From Spirochaetia bacterium (lineage in GTDB: Bacteria; Spirochaetota; Spirochaetia; CADAEX01): DNA of 64,000 bases. This document shows, piece by piece, positions 1-10,231 of this stretch. The notes under the pieces are model-generated. The model worked only from the letters and a program-made list of their open reading frames with translations. It was not told the origin of the DNA and did no database searches. The first letter of the stretch is position 1. Every line of letters begins with the position of its first letter. The stretch is taken from contig CAXXHA010000035.1 in the NCBI GenBank assembly GCA_963662265.2, positions 64,001-128,000 of the forward strand, in the 5' to 3' direction. The position numbers and the translations under genes were made by a program.

Positions 1-308
1 AAGATCCTGTAGAAGCTCTTAAAATGTTTGTTGACAGGGTAGGTCATGTGCATCTCAAGGATGTAAGACTTGATAAACTTGCGCTCACCAAGGAAAAAGA
101 ACTCTGCTTCCTTGATGCTGTAAGGGCCGGTTCTTTCACAGTTCCAGGCGACGGTTCTATAAATTTTCCGGTAATCTTTAAAATCCTCGAAGAAAACAAC
201 TACGAAGGATGGATGGTTGTGGAAGCTGAGCAGGACCCTGCTATTGCTAATCCGTTTGAATATGCACTCAAGGCAAGAAAATATATCAGGGAAAACACTG
301 GGATATAA
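1..308 (+). CDS. iolE: myo-inosose-2 dehydratase, 5'-truncated by window edge
   Basis: [15 protein letters not shown] and [19 protein letters not shown] motifs; frame open from position 3; iolG follows. Confidence 0.92.
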   Translation, partial: DPVEALKMFVDRVGHVHLKDVRLDKLALTKEKELCFLDAVRAGSFTVPGDGSINFPVIFKILEENNYEGWMVVEAEQDPAIANPFEYALKARKYIRENTGI

Positions 309-505
309 TCAATACCTCCGCTATCAGGCAGGCATATTCCTGAAGAGCGGGGCGTGATTCTGTATGGGGTTTTTTATTGACAGGTCTGATCCGGGTTTTA
401 AGGATTATACAGTGTCATTTCCTTACAGAATGTTTCAGTTAAATATAAAAATCAGCAGGGTGCCCTTCGGGGTAATAGATCCATCCTGCGAATAAGGAGA
501 ATATA

Positions 506-1525
506 ATGGGAGATAAAGTACGAGTAGGTATTATCGGTGCCGGAAGAATCGGAAAGGTTCATGCAGAAAGTATTGCATACCACATTCCAAATGCAGATGT
601 TATTTCTGTAACAGATCCGTATATGAATGATGAATCAGAAGCATTCATGAAAAATCTCGGTGTTAAGAAGATTGGAAAAGATTACAAGGAAATAATCAAT
701 GATCCGGATATAGATGCAGTAATTATCTGCTCTCCTACAAACACTCACTCACAGTACAGTATTGAAGCTGCTGAAGCAGGAAAGCATATTTTCTGTGAAA
801 AACCGGTTGATATGGATGTTGAAAGAATCAAGGAAACAATCAAAGCAGTTGAAAAAGCAGGTGTGAAATTCCAGGTTGGTTTTAACAGAAGATTCGACCA
901 TAACTTCATGGGCCTCCAGGAACATGTGAAGAAAGGAACAGTAGGTGATGTTCATATTGTAAGGGTAACATCCCGTGACCCTGCGCCGCCACCAGCTGAA
1001 TATGTTGCAGCTTCAGGCGGAATGTTCATGGATATGACTATTCATGATTTTGACATGGTGAGATTTCTCTCAGGCAGCGAAGTAGCAGAAGTTTCCGCTT
1101 ACGGTGCAGTTCTTGTAGATCCTGCAATCGGCGAAGCTGGCGATATTGATACAGCTGTAATCAACCTCAGATTTGAAAACGGTGCGCTCGGTATTATCGA
1201 GAACTCAAGAGAAGCTAAATACGGATATGATCAGAGAGCAGAAGTATTCGGCAACAAGGGTGCTGTTAAATCATCAAATGATACAAAATCAACAGCGGTT
1301 GTAAGCACAGCAGACGGTGTTACTGCAGAAAAACCTCTCTACTTCTTCCTTGAAAGATACATGGAATCATTTACAGAGGAGAAAAGACAGTTTTTCGATG
1401 CGATTGTAAATAATACAGAAGTCCCTGTAGGGGCAATTGACGGTCTTAAACCTGTTCTTATTGCAAAAGCAGCTCTTAAATCTGTAAAAGAGGGACGAAC
1501 AGTAAAATTAAGCGAAGTTGAATAA
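506..1525 (+). CDS. iolG: inositol 2-dehydrogenase (Gfo/Idh/MocA)
   Basis: GAGRIG, CEKP, GFNRRFD, SRDP, DMTIHDFD, YGYDQRAEVFG; RBS aaggag. Confidence 0.92.
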   Translation: MGDKVRVGIIGAGRIGKVHAESIAYHIPNADVISVTDPYMNDESEAFMKNLGVKKIGKDYKEIINDPDIDAVIICSPTNTHSQYSIEAAEAGKHIFCEKPVDMDVERIKETIKAVEKAGVKFQVGFNRRFDHNFMGLQEHVKKGTVGDVHIVRVTSRDPAPPPAEYVAASGGMFMDMTIHDFDMVRFLSGSEVAEVSAYGAVLVDPAIGEAGDIDTAVINLRFENGALGIIENSREAKYGYDQRAEVFGNKGAVKSSNDTKSTAVVSTADGVTAEKPLYFFLERYMESFTEEKRQFFDAIVNNTEVPVGAIDGLKPVLIAKAALKSVKEGRTVKLSEVE

Positions 1526-1941
1526 CTCAGTACTTGATTTTTAAGTTGTTTGATAATATTATCAGACAATAGGGTGTAACCGGCTGGATCAGTTTTCTGT
1601 ATCTGGCCGGTGTTATATTCAATCATAGTAAATTCCGGGGGCAAAGTCATTTTGTGATTTCGTTTCCCGGTGAGTAGAATAAGTAATGTATGGTGTGGAT
1701 GGTATGTTGTCTCCGAACAGGGAAGTATACCCGCCATACAATCCATACCTTACAGAACAACATGCCACCGTCTGTGGCCGGGATAATACCCCTCAGGTAC
1801 ATTGTAACCTGCTGCATGTTATTTCTCCTGATCCTCAGGGCAGACATGCTGAAAAGGCGCGGGTTGTGACCTTAAGAGTCATTTATGCCATGTGCTTTTG
1901 ATGGCGGTGGTGTTGATTTACTTTATAAAGGAGTAAAAAAT

Positions 1942-3339
1942 ATGTCAGATGTTAAACAGAAAGAAGCGCAGGAACTTGTATCAGGTCTTATTGCCAGGGC
2001 GAGAGCTGCTCAGAAAATTGCTGAAGGTTTTTCTCAGGAAAAAGTTCTTGAACTTGCAAGAGCTATTTCATGGAATATTGTTAAACCTGGAAATATAGAA
2101 GAAATTGCAAAACTTGCATTCGAAGAATCAGAATTAGGTAACTACCAGAGTAAATACGGAAAACTCCAGAAAAAAATCAGAGGAGTTGTAAGAGATGTTG
2201 CAACAGCTAAAACAGTAGGTATTGTAGAAAGGGATGAGGCAAAAGGTCTTATCAAAGTTGCAAAACCTGTTGGTGTTATCGGAGCTCTTGTACCCTGTAC
2301 AAACCCTGAAGCAACACCTGTTATCAAGGCTATCAATGCGATCATGGGTAGAAATGCAATTGTTTTTGCTCCCCATCCAAGAACAAAGAAAACAAATACT
2401 CTTATTATGAATAAAATGAGGGAAGCTCTCAAAAAATTCGGAGCTCCTGAAGATCTTATTATCGGTATTGAAAATCCCACAATGGATGCAAGTTCCGAAC
2501 TGATGAAACAATGTGACCTTGTTGTTGCAACAGGCGGTGCTGGCATGGTTAAGTCTGCTTATTCATCAGGTACTCCTGCATACGGTGTAGGTGCGGGTAA
2601 TGTTGTAACTGTAGTTGACAAGACAGCTGATCTTAAAGATGCAGCTCACAAAATCATGCTCAGTAAAACATTCGACCTTGCAACAAGCTGCAGTGCAGAC
2701 AACAACCTTGTTCTTGAAACAGCTATTTATGATGACATGATTGAAGCTCTCAAAGCTGAAGGCGGATACATGGCAACTGCAGATGAAAAAGCAAAACTTC
2801 AGAATACTCTCTGGGTTGACGGTCATCTTTCAAGAGATATCGTTGCTCAGGAACCTTCAAGAATTGCCCAGCTTGCAGGAATTTCTATTCCTGAAGGTAC
2901 AAAATTCATCCTTGTTGAAGAAGACGGCGTAGGCCCTGAACATCCTTTCAGCGGTGAAAAAATGTGCGTTGTTGCGGCAGTACACAAGGTGTCAGATTTC
3001 GAAGCAGCAGTTAACAAGGTTAATGAGATTACTGCATACCAGGGCGGCGGCCACTCATGCGGTATCTATACAACAGATAACAGCCATATTGATGAATATG
3101 CGCTTAGAACTAAAACAAGCCGTGTTATGGTAAGACAGCCCCAGGTTTATGGAAACAGCGGAAACTGGGACAACGGACTTCCATTCACTCTTACCCTCGG
3201 CTGCGGTACATGGGGTGGAAATATTTCAAGTGAAAATATCACATGGAAGCACTTCATAAATACCACATGGGTCAGTCTCCCTATTCCTGAAAAGATCCCT
3301 ACTGATGAGGAGCTTTTCGGAGATATAATGAACAAATAG
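1942..3339 (+). CDS. CoA-acylating aldehyde dehydrogenase (SauS/EutE-like)
   Basis: KPVGVIGALVPCTNP, ATGGAGMVKSAYSSGTPAYGVGAGN, SKTFDLATSCS, LTLGCGTWGGN; start moved to ATG 1942 behind aaggag. Confidence 0.85.
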   Translation: MSDVKQKEAQELVSGLIARARAAQKIAEGFSQEKVLELARAISWNIVKPGNIEEIAKLAFEESELGNYQSKYGKLQKKIRGVVRDVATAKTVGIVERDEAKGLIKVAKPVGVIGALVPCTNPEATPVIKAINAIMGRNAIVFAPHPRTKKTNTLIMNKMREALKKFGAPEDLIIGIENPTMDASSELMKQCDLVVATGGAGMVKSAYSSGTPAYGVGAGNVVTVVDKTADLKDAAHKIMLSKTFDLATSCSADNNLVLETAIYDDMIEALKAEGGYMATADEKAKLQNTLWVDGHLSRDIVAQEPSRIAQLAGISIPEGTKFILVEEDGVGPEHPFSGEKMCVVAAVHKVSDFEAAVNKVNEITAYQGGGHSCGIYTTDNSHIDEYALRTKTSRVMVRQPQVYGNSGNWDNGLPFTLTLGCGTWGGNISSENITWKHFINTTWVSLPIPEKIPTDEELFGDIMNK

Positions 3340-3480
3340 CTTTTATAGGCTGTTTGATAGTTCCTGTTTCGGCAGGAACATTAGGCAGGTCCTTTCCAGA
3401 CCTGCCAGAAATAGACATTTTTTTCTACTTTCCAGCTGCCCTGCTCCTTATGTATATGGGGAGAGGGCAGCACTTTTTTA

Positions 3481-3853
3481 ACAACAGGATGTTGTCACCT
3501 GTACCTGCGGTACGGCGCAGGTGTATGCCGAGTGTTCATTTATTATCCCGAGGTACGAGGGGGGATGGACAATAACGAGGTGAACAACAGGCCGTTGTCC
3601 CCCTGAAGGGGGCAGGTGTATGCCGAGTGTCCATTTATTATCCCGAGGTACGAGGGGGGATGGACAATAACGAGGCGAACAACAGGACGTTGTCCCCCTG
3701 AAGGGGGAAGGTGTCACCTGAATTTGGACCACAGGTCCCGGCGATGCCGAGTGTCTATTTATTTTTCCCGAAGAACGATGGGGGATGCCTGTCCCCGGTT
3801 TACTAAAGGCTGACAATAACGAGGCGAACAACAGGATGTTTTTGAAGACCCTC
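3481..3853. repeat. tandem ~95-bp REP/MITE-like repeats (2 near-identical units, 1 degenerate, 1 partial)
   Basis: gcaggtgtatgccgagtgt...gacaataacgagg(t/c)gaacaacagg starts at 3517 and 3612; degenerate copy ~3744-3840; GC-rich hairpins. Confidence 0.9.
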
Positions 3854-4047
3854 CGGTCTCAAATATTTTAATAACTGCCTGTAAACTATTTCAGGGTTTT
3901 TCTGCCAGTTCACTTATTTGGGAATTCTGAATGTGAAATCCTGGTTGCCGATCTTATTCTCTGAACAGTCGCTGGTTTGATTGATTTTAATAGACTAACA
4001 GCCGGCAGAATTATATAATGCGCAGGATTTTGAGAAAGGATATTAAA

Positions 4048-4488
4048 ATGAAATATATTTTTATGATTGCTGCATTTCTTGCAGGGACAACAATGCCTCT
4101 TCAGAGTTCAATTAATTCCGGTGTGTCCTCACATCTCGGCCATCCTCTCTACGGTGCAGCTGTGTCTTTTTTCGGAGGTGCTCTTATTTCCCTGTTAATA
4201 CTGATTTTTTCACCTGTCGGTTTTCCTCCCCTTCACAGGTTTGCAGGAATAAACTGGATTTACTTCACAGGCGGTGTTTACGGTCTTATAATAGTGATTT
4301 CTGTAATTAATTCAGTTCCCTACGCAGGGGTTGCATCAACTCTCGCCTGTGTAATTGCAGGTCAGCTTATAATGTCAGTCTTTTTCGATCATTTCGGATG
4401 GCTCGGGATAAATGCCATAAAAATATCACCTCACAGAATTGCCGGAATAATTCTTCTTATTGGCGGTGTATATCTTATTCAGCGGTAG
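4048..4488 (+). CDS. DMT family transporter (YdcZ/DUF606-like)
   Basis: hydrophobic; Q..IN, GQLIMSVFFDHFGWLG, RIAG motifs. Confidence 0.85.
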   Translation: MKYIFMIAAFLAGTTMPLQSSINSGVSSHLGHPLYGAAVSFFGGALISLLILIFSPVGFPPLHRFAGINWIYFTGGVYGLIIVISVINSVPYAGVASTLACVIAGQLIMSVFFDHFGWLGINAIKISPHRIAGIILLIGGVYLIQR

Positions 4489-4755
4489 CTTTTAAAGTTA
4501 TCTGCTGAAACTGATAAGCATTATGTAATAATGAAAAGCTTCAGTCTTTCCGGGCTGTTTTGATCTTCTTTATTCAGCCTGGCAGCCGTTATACGCTCAT
4601 ATCTGGTTTTTTTGCCTTTCCTTCTGTTCCCTTAAATCGGTCTATGTATTAAAAGTTATTGGAAAAAAGAAAGAACTGTAAACCTGGTTTTTGTCTTTTT
4701 AATAGTTATGAACATATGTTATAATGAAGCATCTGAAACAACAGGAGTTAATATT

Positions 4756-6060
4756 ATGATTAAAAAGAATCTGCTGCCTGTTTCTGTTTTACTGCTTATT
4801 TCAGGCGCAATGTTCTCATCTCATTTCGGAGTGGGCGATCTTATCTTTCCCCCTATTCTGGGCAGAAGTACAGGTACAAGCTGGTTTACTGCTGCACTGG
4901 GTTACATGATAATAAACAGTGTTTTTGTCTGGCTTGCCTATCTTGCATGTGCTCACCAGAACCAGTCTCTTACAGGTATAGCAACAAGAGTACTTGGGAA
5001 GGTATCCGGTAAGATATATACATCAATACCGATTCTCATCACAGTTTTTTTTATACTGCCAAGGGTCTCTTCTGCCACACATGAAATGGCGGTCCTCCCT
5101 CTTGCGCCGGGCATTCCTCTATGGGCAACTCTGGCTGTTTTCTTTCTAATCTGCTTTTATGTTGCTTTTACAAGGGCGACTGTCATGGACAAGATCGGCA
5201 AGGTTATGGCACCTGTTCTGATAATTTTTGTAATCATACTTGCTGTAAAAGGGATTGCGACTCCCCTGTCTTATCCCGAAAGTGTTGAAAAAATAACACC
5301 TCTTAAAGACGGAATGCTTAATGCGTATAATACAATGAATGCAATAGCTGCACTCCTTTTCGGCGGCTGGGTGCTTCATGAGCTTAATATCAGAAATATC
5401 AAAACAAAAGAGGATAAAGATAAAAATCTCAATGTTATAGGCATTTTTACAGCTGTTCTTCTCGGTATAACTTCAACCGTGCTTGTCTACCTCGGAGCTT
5501 CTTCCGGCGCATCTTTTCCCGATGCGGCAATAGGAGTTCTTTCAACTAACATTGCAAGCAGTCTTCTCGGCAAGGCGGGACTTTTCAGCTTTGCAGTAAT
5601 AATGGCTCTGAGCTGTCTGACAACAGCTGCAGCAATTATTTCCATGGCTGGTGATATGTTTTCAGAGATGACAGGCGGAAAACTGAAATATCTTCATATA
5701 GTAGCTGCTGCTACAGCTGTAGCCTTTGTTCTCGGTCTTGTAGGATTAAGCAGGATAGTTAAATATACTGTTCCCTGGCTTGTTCTTCTTTATCCCTCTA
5801 TTGTAGTTTTTATACTGAGTGCTCTTTACTATGATTTTGATAAGATAAGAAAAGCTGTTGCAGGGGGAGTTATTACTGCGGTTTTTTTCGGTCTGGGCGA
5901 TATGCTTTCATTCTACGGGTTGACTTCCAATTTTATTACACAGCTTGCTTCCAGGCTGCCGCTGGGAAATCATGGCCTTGGCTGGTTTGTTCCGGTGATT
6001 GCTGTAATGGCAGTTGTTCAGCTGCTTACTTCCAGAAAAGCTGCTGAAGAAAAGGTTTGA
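4756..6060 (+). CDS. branched-chain amino acid:cation symporter family (BrnQ-like)
   Basis: FGVGDLIFPPILG, PR, DKIGKV, LSCLTTA, LYP, LPL...GLGW; ~12 TM. Confidence 0.85.
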   Translation: MIKKNLLPVSVLLLISGAMFSSHFGVGDLIFPPILGRSTGTSWFTAALGYMIINSVFVWLAYLACAHQNQSLTGIATRVLGKVSGKIYTSIPILITVFFILPRVSSATHEMAVLPLAPGIPLWATLAVFFLICFYVAFTRATVMDKIGKVMAPVLIIFVIILAVKGIATPLSYPESVEKITPLKDGMLNAYNTMNAIAALLFGGWVLHELNIRNIKTKEDKDKNLNVIGIFTAVLLGITSTVLVYLGASSGASFPDAAIGVLSTNIASSLLGKAGLFSFAVIMALSCLTTAAAIISMAGDMFSEMTGGKLKYLHIVAAATAVAFVLGLVGLSRIVKYTVPWLVLLYPSIVVFILSALYYDFDKIRKAVAGGVITAVFFGLGDMLSFYGLTSNFITQLASRLPLGNHGLGWFVPVIAVMAVVQLLTSRKAAEEKV

Positions 6061-6154
6061 AAAGCGTACAATAGTTTTAAAATAAAAATACCGGGAAACA
6101 CCAATAATAAAAGTTAAAGCTTTTTCCCGGTAATATTGCAATACAGGAATCAGT

Positions 6155-7282
6155 ATGGAAAAAAAGATTGATGATTTTATTAACAGGAGAATTGAAAAAG
6201 GATATTTCCCCGGAGCTGCTGTCCTTGTCAGCCGTGGGGGAAAAACACTTTACAGCAAATCTTTCGGTACAAAACTCAAGGGTTCTGAATCTCCTTCAGA
6301 AAAAGTAACAGGTGATACTCTATTCAATATTGAATCAATTACAAAAGTGATGGTTACACTTCCGATTGTTTTTAAGCTTATTGAAGAGGGGCAGCTGACA
6401 CTTGATGACAGGGTTGCAGATTATCTGGGTGAGTTCGGAACAACTGAAGAAAAGAAAAAGGTTTCTGTCAGGGACCTTCTGAATTTCACAGGGGGAGTGC
6501 CTCTTGAGGATCCTGATATGTGTCTTGAGGCTGCAAAGAGGGGAGATCTCGAAAAAGCATGGGAGCTTCACTACTCCCAGGATTCAGGGTATGCTCCGGG
6601 GACAAAAGTGCTTTACAGTGATGTATCCTGCAGGATACTTGGAAAACTCCTTGAAAAGATTATGGAAAAAAATCTCAGTGAAGCTGCGGATGAGATGATA
6701 TTCGGTCCGCTTGGAATGAAAAACACGATGTTCAACCCGTCCGACAGTATGCAATGTGCCGACACTGGAAAGTCTGATTCCGGCCGGCCTCTTCGCGGCG
6801 ACATATGCCAGGACCTTGAACATTACCTCGGTGAAGTGCTGGGGTCTGACGGCCTCTTTTCAAGTGCAGAAGATATGAATATATTTTCGCAGATGCTTCT
6901 CGGCGGCGGAACATATAAGGGAAAAAGAATATTTTCACAGATATCAGTCAGCAAGATGACAGAAGGTATTACAAATTTTGATATTTTTGAGACAGCTGAA
7001 TCAGGTCTTCATTATATTGTGAGCGGACCCAAGACCTGGTTCTGGGAATATGCTTTATCTCCGTTCTCTTTCTTCGGAGATCTTGTTTCTGACAGGGCGA
7101 TAGGAAAAATGGGAGGGGCAGGTACATTCCTCCTCATAGATCCCGAGTATGATCTGGTTATTGTCTACCTTACAAATTACGGCCAGCCTGAAAACACTCT
7201 CTCCGGGGAGGCTTCCTGGAAAAAGTACCTTAGCGAGATCAATGTAATGGGGCTTTGTAACCTTGTTATAGGTAATATGTAA
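6155..7282 (+). CDS. serine hydrolase, beta-lactamase class C-like family
   Basis: FNIESITK (SxxK), PGTKVLYSD, IFGPLGM, GLFSSAED. Confidence 0.85.
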   Translation: MEKKIDDFINRRIEKGYFPGAAVLVSRGGKTLYSKSFGTKLKGSESPSEKVTGDTLFNIESITKVMVTLPIVFKLIEEGQLTLDDRVADYLGEFGTTEEKKKVSVRDLLNFTGGVPLEDPDMCLEAAKRGDLEKAWELHYSQDSGYAPGTKVLYSDVSCRILGKLLEKIMEKNLSEAADEMIFGPLGMKNTMFNPSDSMQCADTGKSDSGRPLRGDICQDLEHYLGEVLGSDGLFSSAEDMNIFSQMLLGGGTYKGKRIFSQISVSKMTEGITNFDIFETAESGLHYIVSGPKTWFWEYALSPFSFFGDLVSDRAIGKMGGAGTFLLIDPEYDLVIVYLTNYGQPENTLSGEASWKKYLSEINVMGLCNLVIGNM

Positions 7283-7432
7283 GCGGCATTTTATTTGGTG
7301 TTTTATAAAGCTCTTTTCCATGATGCATAAGGAAGAGAGCTTATATTATTTGTGAAATGATATTCTTTGCAAGGCCTCTTTATTTAAACTGTTTATGAAG
7401 CTTTTATACTTATTCCCGGGTTCCATCAATAT

Positions 7433-8380
7433 TCAATCGAGAAGACCCTCTTTGTAGAATTCATATTTAGCAGTATCAGCTGATATCCTGTATGTCTGGT
7501 ACCATACTTTATTCTCATCTGTGATGTAGAACATGATAAATGTACTTTTTGCTCCCCTGTCAGCTGTTCCTCTTGAATGGCCTGTATCAACCTGCCATAC
7601 GCTGTCTATTTTTGAAATGCTGTAATTGTGAGTGTGTCCGCATATGTAGGCTTTCACATTATATGTTTTCAACAGGTTCCAGAAACTGTCCCTGTTTGCA
7701 GGATACTGATTCAGTGAATCATTTTCATGCCGGAGCCTTCCGCTTTCCTCATCAGGAAGCGGGTATGCAGGTTCATGGCCTATTACAATGACTACAGGTT
7801 TTGTATTGGTCTGAAGATCATTTTCAAGCCATGAATAAACATATGAATTTACATCCCCTTCAGTTCCTGTGTCTGATGACCCGTCATAGTATTCATTTAT
7901 TACAGAAAAATGGGCATTCCCGTATTCGAAGCTGTACATGGTTTCCGTGCATCCTGAAGGACCTGTATTAACTACCTCCGGAAGAGTATTGCCTCCCGGG
8001 TTATAGCTCCTGAGCCAGCTCATGTCTGAAGGTGTTTCCTTTTCATGATTTCCCACTACAGGATACCAGATATAATCTCTTCCGATATAATTCTGAATTG
8101 TCTCATATGTATCTCCGGGCGGATCGATATCTCCTGCAGAAACCATGAAATCCCCTCTTCCCCCTTCCTGTATTCTCTTGCAAACGCCCCGGAAATAGTT
8201 TGAATTACTGCCTGTATATTCTCTCATATCTGAAGCTGCCGAAAAAACTGTAACTATGTTTCCTTCAGGCGGGGTAAAAGGGGGATAGGTGTACTCTCCC
8301 GGTGTCCCGCATGAAGATATGAGAAAAAGCAGAACCGGAAGGCTTAAAAAAATTATAATTTTATGTTTGTTTCTCATCAC
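7433..8380 (-). CDS. metallophosphoesterase lipoprotein
   Basis: lipobox LISSC; GD, GNHE, GHEP, GHTH motifs; start GTG 8380 or ATG 8377. Confidence 0.85.
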   Translation of the reverse strand: MMRNKHKIIIFLSLPVLLFLISSCGTPGEYTYPPFTPPEGNIVTVFSAASDMREYTGSNSNYFRGVCKRIQEGGRGDFMVSAGDIDPPGDTYETIQNYIGRDYIWYPVVGNHEKETPSDMSWLRSYNPGGNTLPEVVNTGPSGCTETMYSFEYGNAHFSVINEYYDGSSDTGTEGDVNSYVYSWLENDLQTNTKPVVIVIGHEPAYPLPDEESGRLRHENDSLNQYPANRDSFWNLLKTYNVKAYICGHTHNYSISKIDSVWQVDTGHSRGTADRGAKSTFIMFYITDENKVWYQTYRISADTAKYEFYKEGLLD

Positions 8381-8565
8381 ATAATTAATTATAGACTGAT
8401 AATAAGTGGAATAAAATATTTGAATTATAAAAAGCATAATACATCATGTAATAGTCTTTTTCATAAAAAGATAGTATTTATACTAATACAGGAATGCAAA
8501 AAAACTATATAATAGTACAATGGTAATTGTATAATGAAACTGCATTTCGGAGAGATCAGGTACTG

Positions 8566-9924
8566 ATGAAAGAAACAGACAGAAAAAACAGGGAGACAGA
8601 AAATAATTACTCAAAGGAAGCAATTCTCGAAAGTATATCTGATGGTGTTTTTACTGTGGATAAGTCATGGACTATAACCTATTTCAACCGTGCTGCAGAA
8701 GAGATAACAGGGATATCCAGGAAAGAGGCTCTCGGGAGAAGATGCAGCGATGTGTTCAGATCCAGCATATGCGAAGGGAGCTGTTTTCTTAAAAAGACAA
8801 TGGAAAGCGGCGATGCTGTAATCAACAAACCCTGTTTCATTATTAATTCAATGGGTGAGAAAATTCCTGTAACAATATCAACAGCTGTACTTCGTGACAG
8901 CAAAGGTAATATTGCAGGGGGTGCCGAGACATTCAGGGATCTCAGTGATATTGAGTCTTTAAGAAAGCGTCTGTCAGAGAATCTCAATGCAGGCAGCATG
9001 TACAGCCGCAGTCCCATAATGCACCGCATATTTGATATTCTCCCTGCAGTTGCATCATCAAAAAGCACTGTTCTTATTGAAGGAGATACCGGGACAGGCA
9101 AAGAGGTTCTTGCACGGACTATACACAGCCTGGGAGTGAGTCCTGATTCCCCTTTTATAGCGGTCAACTGCGGAGCCCTGCCTGATACACTTCTTGAATC
9201 TGAACTTTTCGGTTATAAAAAAGGGGCATTCACAGGCGCGGAAACTGACAAACCCGGTAGATTCGCTCTTGCAGGGGACGGGACTATTTTTCTTGATGAG
9301 ATAGGCGAGATCAGTCCTGCGCTTCAGGTACGTCTTTTGAGAGTTCTTCAGGAGCACACATTTGAGCCGCTCGGAAGTGTGAAATCCGAAACAACAAATG
9401 CCAGGGTAATTGCCGCTACAAACAGGAATCTTTCAGAACTGGTAAAAGAGGGGAAATTCCGGGAAGACCTGTTTTATCGGATAAATATTATCAGAATTGA
9501 GCTTCCCCCTCTTTGCCTGCGAAAAGAGGATATACCTGTTTTCACGGAAAAATTCATAAACAAATACAATTCAATACAGGGGAAGTCTGTTGAAGGGGCT
9601 GCCCCCGAGGTGTATTCCGCATTTATGGCATATGACTGGCCCGGTAATGTCAGGGAGCTTGAAAATATAATAGAAAGAGCTTTTGTAATGTGTCCCGGGG
9701 GAACGATTGAACTCAAGCATATCCCTGATGAAATCATAGGTTCTGTTAAAATGAGAAACGGGACATCCACTTCAATATCTGTCATAAAAAATGCTGCTGA
9801 AAAGGAGATAATTGAAGAGGTCCTTTCAAGGCATAAGGGTAATTATGCTGCCGCAGCTTCGGAGCTTAAAATACACCGGGCGACCCTTTACCGCAAGATA
9901 AAAAAGCTGAATATCAGACAATGA
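8566..9924 (+). CDS. PAS-sigma54 enhancer-binding protein, OrpR-like
   Basis: PAS with Cx8Cx3C (CSDVFRSSICEGSC), GDTGTGKE, GAFTGA, DEIGE, WPGNVRELEN, Fis HTH. Confidence 0.88.
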   Translation: MKETDRKNRETENNYSKEAILESISDGVFTVDKSWTITYFNRAAEEITGISRKEALGRRCSDVFRSSICEGSCFLKKTMESGDAVINKPCFIINSMGEKIPVTISTAVLRDSKGNIAGGAETFRDLSDIESLRKRLSENLNAGSMYSRSPIMHRIFDILPAVASSKSTVLIEGDTGTGKEVLARTIHSLGVSPDSPFIAVNCGALPDTLLESELFGYKKGAFTGAETDKPGRFALAGDGTIFLDEIGEISPALQVRLLRVLQEHTFEPLGSVKSETTNARVIAATNRNLSELVKEGKFREDLFYRINIIRIELPPLCLRKEDIPVFTEKFINKYNSIQGKSVEGAAPEVYSAFMAYDWPGNVRELENIIERAFVMCPGGTIELKHIPDEIIGSVKMRNGTSTSISVIKNAAEKEIIEEVLSRHKGNYAAAASELKIHRATLYRKIKKLNIRQ

Positions 9925-9932
9925 TATTTTCA
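9901..9932 (+). repeat. 32-bp direct repeat copy 1 (3' end of the sigma54 activator gene; attL-like)
   Basis: aaaaagctgaatatcagacaatgatattttca; 30/32 identical to 18127-18158. Confidence 0.85.
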
Positions 9933-10231
9933 TTGTTGTATGTTCAGATTGAATTAAATTCATACATTTTACTTTCTTTCATTTTTATAATAATTAATAA
10001 AAATTTATCATAATTGTAAATTATCTGCCAGCTCATTTTTGTCTTAAATGGTAGTTGGCATGGCTGCTCCTATGATTGCTTTTTATAATCCGCATAATTA
10101 GCACCTTTTGACCAGTAAAACGGTACTTTTCGCCGATTTTATCTCGACATTTATCCTGCTAAAGTTTTATCACTAATAATTTTCATAATATGTTTGATCA
10201 TTATTATAACCAGCAACCAGAGGTAGATAAA

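Noticed and set aside
1530-1930. Riboswitch or small gene between iolG and the aldehyde dehydrogenase
   Set aside because: Only imperfect hairpins; no recognisable motif; ORFs lack coding character
3354-3831. Small ORFs 3354-3575, 3478-3831, 3616-3813
   Set aside because: They are translations of terminator and repeat DNA with no RBS or family signal
3481-3853. CRISPR array
   Set aside because: Whole 95-bp units are repeated, there are no unique spacers and no cas genes
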